In this document: one piece after another, positions 1 through 10,102 of the stretch
Layout of the letters: every line of letters begins with the position of its first letter
Numbering within the stretch: the first letter of the stretch is position 1
NCBI GenBank assembly: GCA_963783725.1
Contig: CAWAOJ010000002.1
Location: 340,469-404,468, forward strand
Length of the DNA stretch: 64,000 bases
Direction of reading: 5' to 3'
Source of the DNA: an uncultured Chloroflexia bacterium
Lineage (GTDB): Bacteria > Chloroflexota > Limnocylindria > QHBO01
Translations under genes and position numbers: made by a program
The notes under the pieces: model-generated
The model's database searches: none
Seen by the model: only the letters and a program-made list of their open reading frames with translations
What the model was told of the DNA's origin: nothing

Positions 1-53
1 CGAAGCGACGGCGGACGACGTGGCACCGCTCGTGCACCGCTAGGCCGCTCACC

Positions 54-1313
54 GTGCCAGCACATCCAGACACCGACGCGGCCGGCGACGCGCTGGTCGG
101 ACGCGTGCTCGGCGGCCGGTACCTGGTCGTCGCGGGGCTCGCCGTGGGCGGGATGTCGCGCGTGTACCGGGCGCGCGACAACCGCCTGGACCGCGACGTG
201 GCGGTGAAGGTGCTCGCCGAGCGGTACGCGGTCAGCGCCGAGTTCAGCCGGCGCTTCCTGGACGAGGGTCGCGCTGCCGCATCGGTCTCGCATCCGAACC
301 TCGTGCACGTGTACGACTCCGGGACGGACGGCTCCGCGCGCTACATCGTCATGGAGCTGCTGGAGGGGTACCGCTCGCTGCGCGAGGTGCTCGACGCCGA
401 GGCGCCACTCGGGGCGACGCAGAGCGTGGCCATCGCGCGTCAGCTCCTGGCGGGGCTACAGGCCGCGCACGCGCGCGGTCTCGTCCATTGCGACGTCAAG
501 GCCGGCAACGTGATGGTCGGGCCGGGGCCGCTCAAGCTGATCGACTTCGGCATCGCGCGCGTCCGCGACGCGGCGACGAACGAGGAGCGCTCCATCGGCT
601 CGCTGCACGCCATGGCGCCGGAGCAGCTCAGCGGCGGCCGGCTCACCGCTGCAACCGATGTCTTCGCGGTGGGCGTCGTGCTGCACCAGTGCCTGACCGG
701 CCGCGTCCCGTACGCTGGCGCGACCCCGGGTGCGGTCGCGAGCGCACAGCAGGATGGTCCGCCCCCCGCCACCGGGTTGCCGGTGACGTTCGCGACGCTG
801 CTGCGTCGCGCGCTGGATCCGGATCCGGCGCGGCGATACCAGACCGCGCACGAGATGCGCGTTGCCCTCGACGCCGCGGCGGCGACGCCGCCCGTGTCGC
901 GGCACGACACCACGCGCCAGGTTGCGGTGCCTCCCGCGCCGACGCCCCGTCGCCGCGCTCCCCGCGCCGGTTCGACCCTCGGCGTCATCCTCGTCTCCCT
1001 GGCCGCCGTGGCGATCGCTGCCGGTCTGCTCATCTGGAATGGAGCGCTGCTGCCCGGATCGGCGGACGTTTCGAGCCCCAGCACGGCTCCGACGCCCACG
1101 CTCGCGGCCGGGCAGGTGCGCGTCCCGAACACGATCGGCCTGAGCGAGAAGGAGGCCGAGGCCGCGGCCCGCGACGCCGGGCTGCGCTGGACGATCAGGT
1201 GGCAGAAGTCAGGGGACCATCCGGCGGGCATCTACGACCAGGAGCCGCCGGCAGGAGAGATCGTCGAGCGCGGCAGTCGCTTCACCATGTACTCGTACCG
1301 CAACAAGGACTGA
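54..1313 (+). CDS. Ser/Thr protein kinase with C-terminal TM segment and PASTA domain (PknB-like)
   Basis: GTG start after in-frame TAG. N-terminal kinase motifs GRYxL..GGMSRVYRARD..VAVKVL, catalytic HCDVKAGNVMV, DFGIAR, APE. Hydrophobic segment ILVSLAAVAIAAGLLIW is followed by a PASTA-like VRVPNTIGLSEKEAEAAARDAGL. Confidence 0.85.
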   Translation: MPAHPDTDAAGDALVGRVLGGRYLVVAGLAVGGMSRVYRARDNRLDRDVAVKVLAERYAVSAEFSRRFLDEGRAAASVSHPNLVHVYDSGTDGSARYIVMELLEGYRSLREVLDAEAPLGATQSVAIARQLLAGLQAAHARGLVHCDVKAGNVMVGPGPLKLIDFGIARVRDAATNEERSIGSLHAMAPEQLSGGRLTAATDVFAVGVVLHQCLTGRVPYAGATPGAVASAQQDGPPPATGLPVTFATLLRRALDPDPARRYQTAHEMRVALDAAAATPPVSRHDTTRQVAVPPAPTPRRRAPRAGSTLGVILVSLAAVAIAAGLLIWNGALLPGSADVSSPSTAPTPTLAAGQVRVPNTIGLSEKEAEAAARDAGLRWTIRWQKSGDHPAGIYDQEPPAGEIVERGSRFTMYSYRNKD

Positions 1314-1378
1314 CGGGCGCCTATACTCGACCCGGCGCCCCCGTCGGGCGCCTTACAGCGTAAGAGGAGATCCACTGC

Positions 1379-2854
1379 ATGCGCCTGCGCGCCGAATCCG
1401 CAAGCCCCGCATCGGTCAAGGCTGACGTGCTTGCCATCCCGATCTACAAGGACGATCGCCCGCTCGCCGACGACCTCGCGGAGCTCGACGCGGCATCCGG
1501 CGGCGTCATCAGCCGTGCCATCGAGTGGGGCGATTTCAACATCGCCGAGAACGCACATGCGCTCATCGAGGCCGGCACCCTGCCGTTCCAGCGGCTGCTG
1601 CTGGTGAACGGCGTGCGTCGTGGCCGGGGGGCCTGGCGCGCGCGGCGCATCGCGTCGACCGCCACGCGCCGGCTGCAGGGACGGGGGGCGGGAACGCTCG
1701 CGATCTGGCTGCGCGACGGTGAGGACGAGGACGGGTACGCCGCTGCCGCGGTCGGCGCGGTGCAGGGCACCTATCGGCCGATGGACATCTACGGCCGCAC
1801 GCGCGACACCGAGGCGATGAAGCGCACCGTGCAGGAGGTCGTCCTGCTCAACGCCCCCAGCCAGCAGCTCCTCGACGAGGCGCTGGTGATGGCCGAGGCG
1901 GTGGAGTGGGGACGCGATCTCGCCAACCGAGCCGCCAACGACCTCTACCCGGAGCGGATGGCCGAGCTGGCGCGCAGCCTCGAGGACGACGGCTGCACGG
2001 TCGAGGTGTTCGGGCCGGAGGAGATGGCGGAGCTCGGCATGAATGCGCTGCTCGGCGTCGGGCAGGGCGCGGCGCATGGGCCGCGGCTGATCGCGATCAA
2101 GCTGCCCGGCTGGGAGAAGGCGTCGGCCGACCGTCGGTTGGCGATCGTCGGCAAGGGCGTCTGCTTCGACTCCGGGGGCATCAGCATCAAGCCCTCCGCG
2201 AGCATGGAGGAGATGAAGCACGACAAGTCCGGCGCGGCGGCGGTGATCGCCGCCGCACGTGCCGTCGCCCGGCTGGCGCCGGACGCCCCGCTGATGGCGG
2301 TCGCGCCGATGGTCGAGAACATGCCGGGCGGCAATGCGCAGCGCCCGGGGGACGTCGTCAAGGCCATGAACGGCAAGACGGTGGAGATCACCAATACCGA
2401 TGCGGAGGGCAGGCTCATCCTGATCGATGCCCTTCACTGGGCGGAGCAGCAGGGCGCCACCCACCTGGTCGACATGGCGACCCTCACCGGCGCCTGTGCG
2501 GTGGCCTTCGGCGACCTGATCAGCGCCTACTTCAGCCGTCCGCGCGAGTGGGGAGTGGACGTGCAGAAGGCCGCCGACGCGACCGGCGAATGGTTCTGGG
2601 AGATGCCGCTGGCCACCGAGTACCGGCCGAGCCTCGATTCGCCGTACGCCGACATCGTCAACTCCGGATCACGCGACGGATCGCTGATCAAGAGCGCGAT
2701 CTTCCTGGCGGACTTCGTCACCAAGCCGTGGGTCCACGTCGATATCGCCGGTGCGGCGTACCTCAGCGCGGACAAGGCGTGGAATCCGAAGGGAGCGGTG
2801 GGGACCGGCGTCACCACCCTCGCGCGACTTGCCATCGACTACGCCCGCGGCTGA
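1379..2854 (+). CDS. pepA: Leucyl aminopeptidase, M17 family
   Basis: M17 signature NTDAEGRLIL and metal-binding region CFDSGGISIKP..MKHDKSGAAAV. AGGAG SD lies upstream of the ATG. Confidence 0.9.
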   Translation: MRLRAESASPASVKADVLAIPIYKDDRPLADDLAELDAASGGVISRAIEWGDFNIAENAHALIEAGTLPFQRLLLVNGVRRGRGAWRARRIASTATRRLQGRGAGTLAIWLRDGEDEDGYAAAAVGAVQGTYRPMDIYGRTRDTEAMKRTVQEVVLLNAPSQQLLDEALVMAEAVEWGRDLANRAANDLYPERMAELARSLEDDGCTVEVFGPEEMAELGMNALLGVGQGAAHGPRLIAIKLPGWEKASADRRLAIVGKGVCFDSGGISIKPSASMEEMKHDKSGAAAVIAAARAVARLAPDAPLMAVAPMVENMPGGNAQRPGDVVKAMNGKTVEITNTDAEGRLILIDALHWAEQQGATHLVDMATLTGACAVAFGDLISAYFSRPREWGVDVQKAADATGEWFWEMPLATEYRPSLDSPYADIVNSGSRDGSLIKSAIFLADFVTKPWVHVDIAGAAYLSADKAWNPKGAVGTGVTTLARLAIDYARG

Positions 2855-2882
2855 GCGCCGGCGAATCGCCGCCTGACACGCC

Positions 2883-2915
2883 GAACGGGCGACGGCACGC
2901 TGCCGTCGCCCGTTC
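2883..2915. terminator. Perfect 15-bp-stem hairpin between convergent pepA and the csbD-like gene (bidirectional terminator candidate)
   Basis: gaacgggcgacggca cgc tgccgtcgcccgttc read directly from the sequence. It is located between two convergent stop codons. Confidence 0.5.
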
Positions 2916-2933
2916 GTCACAGCCTTCGAGAAC

Positions 2934-3140
2934 TCAGACGTTGTCGTCCGCGTCCCCGTCGTTGTCCATCACGTCGCGGGCGGTGTCCTTGGTCTTGCCC
3001 CACTCCTGCTGGAGCTTGCCCTCGGCCTGGTCCCGCTCACCGGAGACCTGCGTGCTCGTGTCGTTCGTCATGTCGCCCCAGGCCTCCTTGGCCTTGCCGG
3101 CGCCTTCCTTGACGGTACCTTCGATGCGGTCCTTGTCCAT
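2934..3140 (-). CDS. CsbD-family general stress protein
   Basis: 68 aa. KEGAGKAKEAWGDMT...GKLQQEWGKTKD follows the CsbD repeat pattern. Confidence 0.8.
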   Translation of the reverse strand: MDKDRIEGTVKEGAGKAKEAWGDMTNDTSTQVSGERDQAEGKLQQEWGKTKDTARDVMDNDGDADDNV

Positions 3141-3309
3141 GGGATCTTCCTCCCGTTCGTGATCGGCCTGGCGGCCGTTGCACGCTCACCAAGGCATGAG
3201 GCGTGCCAGTGACGCCGGCGCAGGACGATCTGGCCATACACGCCCTCGCGGCCGCTGCGTACGATCCGCGGTGCAGCGGCGCACCGGCCGCGCTGAAGTT
3301 GGAGGAAGA

Positions 3310-4005
3310 GTGCCCTTCGTTCCGATGCTCGCCGCCGTCGCGCTCGCCGCGGTGGGCGTCGTCGCCGAGCGCCTCGCCAGCGTCTGGCCACCCGACGAGG
3401 CGAGCCGTCGCGCGATCGGTGTGCGAACCGTGCTCCTGGCCGCCGCCGCTGGCGCTGCCGGGGCGGCGATCACGGCGCGGGCACAGCTTCCGTGGTGGGC
3501 GACGCTCGTTCATCTCGCGGTGCTCGCCGACCTGGTGCTGCTGACCGCGACCGATCTCGAGCAGCGGCGCCTGCCGCACCTTCTTCTCGACCCACTGATC
3601 ATCGGTGTCGCCCTGTTCGTGCCGTTCAACCCTTCCGTGACGATCCTGGACGCGCTGATCGGCGCTGCGGCCGCGGTCGCCTTCCTTGGCGTGCTGGGAC
3701 TGGTCATTCCGGGCGGCGTGGCGCTGGGAGACCTCTATCTCATCGCGCCGCTCGGCCTGCTGCTGGGGTGGCCCTCCGTGTTCATCGCGATCTTCCTGGC
3801 GGCACTGCTCGCATCGGCCACCAGCCTCCTGCTTCTCGTCTCCCGGCGGGTCGGGATGAAGAGCTACATCCCGTTCGGGCCCTTCCTGGTGGCCGGCGCG
3901 GTGATCACCCTGCTGCGCGAGCCGCAGCTGCTCGGCGCGGCGGCGAAGGTCGCCGGCGCCACGTTCGGCGCACTGCTTGGGGTGGCTTCCATCGGCCCGG
4001 GGTGA
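3310..4005 (+). CDS. Type IV prepilin peptidase (A24 family), N-terminally short form
   Basis: Polytopic membrane protein with TDLEQRRLP, GDLYLIAPLGLLLGW and IPFGPFLVAGA motifs typical of A24 peptidases. GTG at 3310 is 4 nt after GGAGGA; the upstream part of the track ORF has no support. Confidence 0.75.
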   Translation: MPFVPMLAAVALAAVGVVAERLASVWPPDEASRRAIGVRTVLLAAAAGAAGAAITARAQLPWWATLVHLAVLADLVLLTATDLEQRRLPHLLLDPLIIGVALFVPFNPSVTILDALIGAAAAVAFLGVLGLVIPGGVALGDLYLIAPLGLLLGWPSVFIAIFLAALLASATSLLLLVSRRVGMKSYIPFGPFLVAGAVITLLREPQLLGAAAKVAGATFGALLGVASIGPG

Positions 4006-4136
4006 CCATCGATGGGTTGCAAAGGCGCAATGGTCCGGTATCCTGTCCGAGGACGCGCGGCCCTCGCCCGACGACACGGCGCCGTGATCCGACCATCAAG
4101 TTCACGCGGCACATCGCCGCACGTGCCCGGGAGCTC

Positions 4137-5441
4137 ATGTCGAAAGATCACCGTCGTCGCAGCCGCCTTCTCGTGCTCATCGTGGCGCTGCTCCTCAGCG
4201 GGCTGGTCCTGCCGGGGACCGATCGCCCGGTCCGCGCCGGCGACCCGAACGTCAACGACGCCATCGCGCAGCAGCAGCGCATGCAGGCGGCACTCGCCGC
4301 CAGCGCGGCGCAGCTGGCCGCGCTGCGCAGGAGCCAGTCCAGCCTGACCGTCAGCCTTGCGCGGCTGACCGACAACCTCCAGAAGGTCGGCGTCGAGATC
4401 CAGCGTGCCGAGGACGACCTCGCTCGCCTGACGGGCCAGCTGAACGCGGCGCGCGACGAGCTGAAGCAGTACGAGGAGCAGATCGCGAGCCTCGAAACGG
4501 ACCTGGCCGCCGTCGCCACCGGCATCGAGACCTCCAGGGTCGACCTCGTGCGCCGGCAGGCGCTGCTGCAGGATCACCTCCGCGCCGCCTACGAGCAGAG
4601 CCAGACCTCGGTGCTCGAGGTGATGCTCTCGACCAGCTCGCTCAGCGAGGCGACCAGCCAGCTCGGGTTCATGCTCACGCTCTCGGATGACGATGCGCGG
4701 CTGGCGGACGAGATCAAGCGCGAGCGCAAGCGGCTGGAGGTGCGGCAACAGACGCTGCGCGACGGCCGGACGACGCTCGGCCAGCTGCGTGACTCCGCGG
4801 CACAGCGAGCCAGCGCGCTGGACGAGCAGCAGGCGACGGTCGACGCCGCGAAGCGGACGCTGGACGCGAAGCGCAGGCAGCTCGAACAGCTGAAGCGTGC
4901 CCAGGAGTCGCAGCTGGCCAAGACCGCCGCGAACGCGCGCGAGCGCGCGCGCATCGTGGAGCAGCAGAAGCGTGCGCTGGCCGGTCAGCGCGCCCTCGTG
5001 GAGCGGCTCAAGGCGGCGGCACTCAAGCTCGACCTCGCCTTCCACGGCCGATTCGCCTGGCCCGAGCACGGCAACTTCATCGTCACCCAGGAGTTCGGCC
5101 ACACCTCCTTCGACACGGCGCACACCGGGATGGACATGGCCTACCTGTCGCCGCACTGTGGCGGACCGATCTACGCCGCCGCCGACGGCACCGTCCTGGC
5201 CGACGGCCGGCCGAATGCGGCGTACGGCGACACGGCGATCGGGGTCGTCCTGGGCCACTCGCAGCGGCTGCAGAGCTGGTACTGGCACATGTCGCGCGAG
5301 GTCGTCGCGGTTGGCCAGGCGATCAAGGCGGGCGACCTCATCGGCTACGAGGGAGCGACCGGCCAGGCCACCGGTTGCCACCTGCATTTCCAGGTCATGT
5401 TCGACGAGCAGCCGGTGAACCCGCGGCTCTACCTTCCCTGA
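4137..5441 (+). CDS. M23 family metallopeptidase with N-terminal signal/TM and long coiled-coil (EnvC-like murein hydrolase or activator)
   Basis: Basic N-terminus plus hydrophobic helix, then about 280 aa of heptad-rich Q/A/L/R sequence, then the M23 motifs HTGMDMA...GATGxxTGCHLHFQV. The first 215 codons of track ORF 3492..5441 overlap the prepilin peptidase in another frame and are rejected. Confidence 0.85.
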   Translation: MSKDHRRRSRLLVLIVALLLSGLVLPGTDRPVRAGDPNVNDAIAQQQRMQAALAASAAQLAALRRSQSSLTVSLARLTDNLQKVGVEIQRAEDDLARLTGQLNAARDELKQYEEQIASLETDLAAVATGIETSRVDLVRRQALLQDHLRAAYEQSQTSVLEVMLSTSSLSEATSQLGFMLTLSDDDARLADEIKRERKRLEVRQQTLRDGRTTLGQLRDSAAQRASALDEQQATVDAAKRTLDAKRRQLEQLKRAQESQLAKTAANARERARIVEQQKRALAGQRALVERLKAAALKLDLAFHGRFAWPEHGNFIVTQEFGHTSFDTAHTGMDMAYLSPHCGGPIYAAADGTVLADGRPNAAYGDTAIGVVLGHSQRLQSWYWHMSREVVAVGQAIKAGDLIGYEGATGQATGCHLHFQVMFDEQPVNPRLYLP

Positions 5442-5494
5442 GCACCCTGGCCTGATTCGACCGCTCGCCCCTCGACTGGTACCGTAGCGCGCGA

Positions 5495-8239
5495 ATGCAT
5501 CCAGCCATGCAACGGCGCCGCCATCGTCTGATGCTGCGGCGCACGACCAGGCGGCGCGCTCCGCGGCGGGGCCTGGCGACGTTCCTGCTCGGGCTCTTCG
5601 CCGCCATCGGCATCATGATCGGCGGGTCGCTGGTCGGCACCGCGGGCGGCATGCTGGCGGCCTACAACTACTTCGCCAGCGGCCTGCCCGATGCCCGAAT
5701 CCTCGACGACATCCAGCTTCCGCAGTCGACCTACGTCTACGACAGGACGGGGAAGGTGCTGCTGGCGCGGTTCGAATGCCAGAACCGCGAATCGGTCTCG
5801 TTCGCCGGCATCCCATCGGTCCTCGTCAACGCGACCGTCGCCAGCGAGGACCGCACCTTCTGGACGAACAACGGCGTGGACGTGCAGGCCGTCGGCCGAG
5901 CGGTCTTCGCCAACCTGAAGGCCGGGACCATCGTCCAGGGCGCCTCGACCATCACCCAGCAGGTGATCAAGTACGCCGGGTCGATCAAGGAGGCCGAGAA
6001 GAAGGCCGCGCCCGCAAGCGCGGCCGCGCGCCCCTCGGCCGAGCTCGACCCGAACGCGGCCGCGACCAACGAGAACGACGCCGACGTGTGCACGCCGCCA
6101 TCGCTCACCTTCCTGGAGGGGCGCACCTTCCAGGACAAGATTCGTGAGCAGATCATGGCCACCAAGGTCACGGAGGCCTATCCGGGGCGTGCCGGCAAGC
6201 AGAAGATCCTCGAGACCTACCTGAACCTGATCAACTACGGCAACGGCTCGTACGGGATCAAGGCGGCGGCGGCGAACTACTTCGGCGTCAGCAACCTGGC
6301 CGACCTGACGCTGGCGCAGGCGGCATTCCTGGCCGGCCTGCCACAGGCGCCCGGTGCGTACGACCCGTACCTCAACAACCACGGCCCGGCCAAGGCGATC
6401 GAGCGGCGCAACCAGGTCCTGGGCCGGATGCTCGACGACAAGTACATCACCCAGGCACAGCACGACGCCGCGGTCAAGGTCACCTGGGAGGAGATGGGCC
6501 CGAGCCGCATCTCGACGCCGCTCCGCGAGCCGCAGTTCAGCTTCCGCGTCCGCAAGGAGGCCGAGTCGATCCTCGCCTCGCTCGGCTACAAGCACCCGGA
6601 GCAGGCGGTCCGCACCGGCGGGTTCCGAATCGTCACCACAATCGACATGGGCCTCGAGAAGGTCGCTCACCAGCAGGTCAGCAAGTGGGTCAAGGCGCTC
6701 GGCGACAAGAACGTCCACAACGGCGCGCTGGTCTCGATCAACTCGGCGAACGGCGAGATCGTGGCCTATGTCGGCAGCGTCGACTACTACAACCGCGACG
6801 ACCCTCGCGTTGACGGCCAATTTGACGTCGCGGGGCTCGGGCGGCGGCAGCCCGGATCCGCGTTCAAGCCGATCACCTACAGCTCGGCGTTCGTGGCGCG
6901 CAAGGCGACGCCGGCGACCTTCTTCGTGGACGCCGTGACGCAGTTCGGAGCCGATCCCAAGACCGCCTACGTGCCGACCAACGCCGATGTCAAGGAGCAC
7001 GGACCTCTGCTCGCCACGGACGCGCTGCGCTACTCGCTGAACGTGCCGTCGGTGAAGATGCAGTACGTCGTCGGCCCGCAGACGACGGCGAAGTTCGCCG
7101 AGACGATGGGCGTCGCCAGCGCCTCGTACATCAACGACCTGCAGCCGAGCCTGACGCTGACCCTCGGATCGGTCCCGGTGAACCTGACCAACATGACGCA
7201 GGCCTACGGCGTCTTCGCCCAGCAGGGCGCGCTGCACGTGGCCACCACGGTGCGCGAGATCCGCGACCGGAACAACCGGATCGTCTACGCCCCCAAGACC
7301 AACGGCCCGCAGGTGACGCACCCCATGACGCCGGGCGAGTCGTATCTCATGCACTGGATCCTGCAGGGCAACACCGATCCCAAGACCAACGTGCTGTGGG
7401 GCTCGCGCGCCGAGCTCTTCGCCCCGAACGGGCAGCGACGCGAGGCGGGCTTCAAGACCGGCACCACCAACGACTTCCGCGACGTGTCCGGCTTCGGCTA
7501 CGTGCCGGGCAGCCTGGTCACCGGCGTCTGGATGGGGAACAACAACCAGGCGCCCATGTCCACGGTCCTCGGGCAGGGACTCTTCTCCGCCGACGGCCCG
7601 CTATACCTGTGGCATGACTTCATGGAGCTCGCCCTCAACAAGCCGTGGGACTGGAACGGCAAGAAGCCCGTCCCGGCCACCGGCATCAGCCGCCCGGGCG
7701 ACGTAGTGATGAAGACGGTCTGCAAGTTCAGCGGCATGCTCGCCACGCGAAGCTGCGGCGAGACGCGCGACATGCCGTTCCTGAAGGGCACGGAGCCGAA
7801 GCCCGACAACGTCCATTCCAAGGGCTGCTTCGACATCGTCCAGGAGGAACGGCAGAACGACCGGCCGAAGGAGTGGATCGAGGCCGCCCAGCGCTGGGCC
7901 AATCGCCAGGTGAACGGCGAGTACGCCGCGAAAGGCGACGCGAGCAAGATCAGCGAGAACATCACCGGGGTCCGGCTGGCCATCGCGCCGCTGCTGGGCA
8001 ACACCAGCTTCGGCGGCCCGATCTGCGGGCAACGTCGCGCGCCGACGCCCGCGCCCTCGACGCCGAAGCCGGAGCGCACCCCGGGGCCCGCGCCGTCGGC
8101 CACGCCGAGCGTCGGTCCGCTGCCGTCGTGCCGGGGCAACAAGTGCCCGTCAGCGTCGCCCACGCCGAACCCGGCCGGCCTGCCCGCCCTGGCCGCGGTC
8201 GCCATCGCGGCGGCCCTGGCTCGGCGGCGGCGACGCTGA
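5495..8239 (+). CDS. Class A penicillin-binding protein (GT51 transglycosylase + transpeptidase) with about 200-aa Cys-containing, Pro-rich C-terminal extension
   Basis: GT51 motifs EDRTFWTNNGVD and QGASTITQQ; transpeptidase region with SAFKP. The C-terminal extension ends ...NPAGLPALAAVAIAAALARRRRR. Confidence 0.9.
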   Translation: MHPAMQRRRHRLMLRRTTRRRAPRRGLATFLLGLFAAIGIMIGGSLVGTAGGMLAAYNYFASGLPDARILDDIQLPQSTYVYDRTGKVLLARFECQNRESVSFAGIPSVLVNATVASEDRTFWTNNGVDVQAVGRAVFANLKAGTIVQGASTITQQVIKYAGSIKEAEKKAAPASAAARPSAELDPNAAATNENDADVCTPPSLTFLEGRTFQDKIREQIMATKVTEAYPGRAGKQKILETYLNLINYGNGSYGIKAAAANYFGVSNLADLTLAQAAFLAGLPQAPGAYDPYLNNHGPAKAIERRNQVLGRMLDDKYITQAQHDAAVKVTWEEMGPSRISTPLREPQFSFRVRKEAESILASLGYKHPEQAVRTGGFRIVTTIDMGLEKVAHQQVSKWVKALGDKNVHNGALVSINSANGEIVAYVGSVDYYNRDDPRVDGQFDVAGLGRRQPGSAFKPITYSSAFVARKATPATFFVDAVTQFGADPKTAYVPTNADVKEHGPLLATDALRYSLNVPSVKMQYVVGPQTTAKFAETMGVASASYINDLQPSLTLTLGSVPVNLTNMTQAYGVFAQQGALHVATTVREIRDRNNRIVYAPKTNGPQVTHPMTPGESYLMHWILQGNTDPKTNVLWGSRAELFAPNGQRREAGFKTGTTNDFRDVSGFGYVPGSLVTGVWMGNNNQAPMSTVLGQGLFSADGPLYLWHDFMELALNKPWDWNGKKPVPATGISRPGDVVMKTVCKFSGMLATRSCGETRDMPFLKGTEPKPDNVHSKGCFDIVQEERQNDRPKEWIEAAQRWANRQVNGEYAAKGDASKISENITGVRLAIAPLLGNTSFGGPICGQRRAPTPAPSTPKPERTPGPAPSATPSVGPLPSCRGNKCPSASPTPNPAGLPALAAVAIAAALARRRRR

Positions 8240-8271
8240 CCACGCCCGCCGGCAGCGCGGACTAGCCTGAC

Positions 8272-9531
8272 GTGCCCGCATCGGTCCTGACCCTGATCCT
8301 GGCGGGCGGCGAGGGGGAGCGCCTCTCGATCCTCTCCCAGGTGCGCGCCAAGCCGGGCGTCCCGTTCGGCGGCAAGTACCGCATCATCGACTTCGCGCTG
8401 AGCAACGCGGTCAACTCCGGCCTCTCCGACGTCGGCATCCTGACCCAGTACGCGCCGCGCTCGCTGATGGACCACATCGGCGTCGGACGGCCGTGGGATC
8501 TTGACCGCAGCCGCGGCGGCGTCACGCTGCTGCAGCCGTACATCGGGCGCGGGCGCGCTCGCGACTGGTATCGCGGAACCGCCGACGCGGTGCTGCAGAA
8601 CCTGGAATTCGTCGACGACCGCGCGCCGGAGCTGGTGCTGGTGCTCGCCGGCGACCACGTGTACAAGATGGATTACCGCCCGTTCATCGACCTCCACCGC
8701 GCCAGCGGCGCCGAGGTCACCTGCGCGGTCCGCACCGTGCCGATCGAGGAGGCGCATCGGTTCGGGATCCTGGATGTCGCCGACGACGGACGCGTCACCG
8801 ATTTCGTGGAGAAGCCGGCGTCGCCTCGCTCCAACCTCGTCTCGATGGGCGTCTACGTCTTCAGCTGGCCGTTCCTGCGCGACGTGCTGACCGCCGAGCG
8901 CGTGGACTTCGGACGTGACCTGCTGCCGTGGCTGGTCGCGTCGGGCCGGCGGGTCTTCGCGTACCGCTTCGGCGGCTACTGGGAAGACGTCGGGACGGTG
9001 GAGACGTACTGGCGAGCCAATCTCGACCTCGTCAGCGAGGAGCCCGGCATCAACCTGTTCGATCGGGGCTGGCTGATCTACACGCGCAGCGAGGAGCGCG
9101 CCCCGGCACTCATCGCCGACGCCGCGCAGGTGCGGCGCAGCATGATCAGCCACGGCTGCGTCATCGAGGGCACCGTCGAGCGCAGCGTCCTGTCGCCGGG
9201 CGTGCACGTCGCGGCCGGCGCGGTGGTGCGCGACTCGATCGTGATGTTCGACACGCAGGTCGGACCGGGTGCCACCCTCGATCGCGCCATCGTGGACAAG
9301 GAGTGCGTCATCGGCGAGCGCGCGGAGATCGGCGTGGGCGACGACATGCGTCCCAATCGCTCGGAGCCCGAACGGCTGTACGCGGGGCTGACCCTGGTGG
9401 GAAAGCAGGCGCGCATCCCGCGCGGGGTGAGCATCGGTCGCAACTGTCGCATCGACCCCGGCGTCGTCGAGCGTGACTTCCGTCGCGCGCGACGCATCGC
9501 GTCCGGCGAGACGGTGATGCATGGGGTCTGA
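8272..9531 (+). CDS. glgC: Glucose-1-phosphate adenylyltransferase
   Basis: [14 protein letters not shown]...[15 protein letters not shown]; left-handed beta-helix C-terminal half. GTG start. Confidence 0.9.
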   Translation: MPASVLTLILAGGEGERLSILSQVRAKPGVPFGGKYRIIDFALSNAVNSGLSDVGILTQYAPRSLMDHIGVGRPWDLDRSRGGVTLLQPYIGRGRARDWYRGTADAVLQNLEFVDDRAPELVLVLAGDHVYKMDYRPFIDLHRASGAEVTCAVRTVPIEEAHRFGILDVADDGRVTDFVEKPASPRSNLVSMGVYVFSWPFLRDVLTAERVDFGRDLLPWLVASGRRVFAYRFGGYWEDVGTVETYWRANLDLVSEEPGINLFDRGWLIYTRSEERAPALIADAAQVRRSMISHGCVIEGTVERSVLSPGVHVAAGAVVRDSIVMFDTQVGPGATLDRAIVDKECVIGERAEIGVGDDMRPNRSEPERLYAGLTLVGKQARIPRGVSIGRNCRIDPGVVERDFRRARRIASGETVMHGV

Positions 9532-10102
9532 GGCCCCGCCGCCGATCGACGCCTGGCTGGCGTCGCTCGGCCTCGAGGTCGTCGGCGCCAGCGGCGGGGC
9601 GGGGGACGCCGCCTTCAGCCGGGACGTGATCCTGGACGGCGAGCGCCGCTTCGACCTCCGAACCACGGTGGCCTGGGTGAGCGGCATCGGCCTGGCGCTA
9701 TGGGCGTACTACGGCCTCGAGTCGATGGAGATGCCCAAGAGGACTTTCCTGCGCATGCTGCGGGCGAACTTCGACTATCCGTTCGTCAAGTTCGCGATGA
9801 CCGATGACGACCGACCGATGCTCATCACCGAGCTGCCGCCCGCCGCGGTCAGCCGCGACGAGCTCGGCCGTTCGCTGGCGCGCCTCGTCGTCGTCGCCGA
9901 CCGGCTGCTCGACGAGACGGCCGCCGCCGTCGCGGATCGCGGCGAGCTGCCGGACTGGAGCGACAGGGTTTCCCGCAACGGGCAGCTGCTGCTTGACTAT
10001 CGGGCCGATGTCGAGTCGACCATGCCCGCCTGGGAGCCGCCGCGACCGCGTCCCGCTCGACGCAGCCGACTTGGACGCCTCTTCGGCCTGAGCGCCCGAT
10101 GA
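9521..10102 (+). CDS. Hypothetical protein, possibly YbjN-like; translationally coupled to glgC
   Basis: The ATG overlaps the glgC stop by 11 nt. 193 aa with no catalytic motifs recognised; the YbjN assignment is only a weak impression. Confidence 0.5.
   Translation: MGSEAPPPIDAWLASLGLEVVGASGGAGDAAFSRDVILDGERRFDLRTTVAWVSGIGLALWAYYGLESMEMPKRTFLRMLRANFDYPFVKFAMTDDDRPMLITELPPAAVSRDELGRSLARLVVVADRLLDETAAAVADRGELPDWSDRVSRNGQLLLDYRADVESTMPAWEPPRPRPARRSRLGRLFGLSAR

Noticed and set aside
1232-2464. 410-aa minus-strand ORF antisense to pepA
   Set aside because: Arg/Gly/Asp-rich composition typical of antisense frames in 70% GC DNA. The sense strand encodes a complete M17 aminopeptidase with signature motifs.
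3037-5387. Overlapping minus-strand ORFs of 346 aa and 507 aa antisense to the prepilin peptidase and M23 peptidase genes
   Set aside because: No motifs and extreme Arg/Gly bias; the sense genes are well supported.
5429-9687. 641-aa and 729-aa minus-strand ORFs antisense to the PBP and glgC genes
   Set aside because: High-GC antisense artefacts; the sense strand carries clear GT51/transpeptidase and GlgC motifs.
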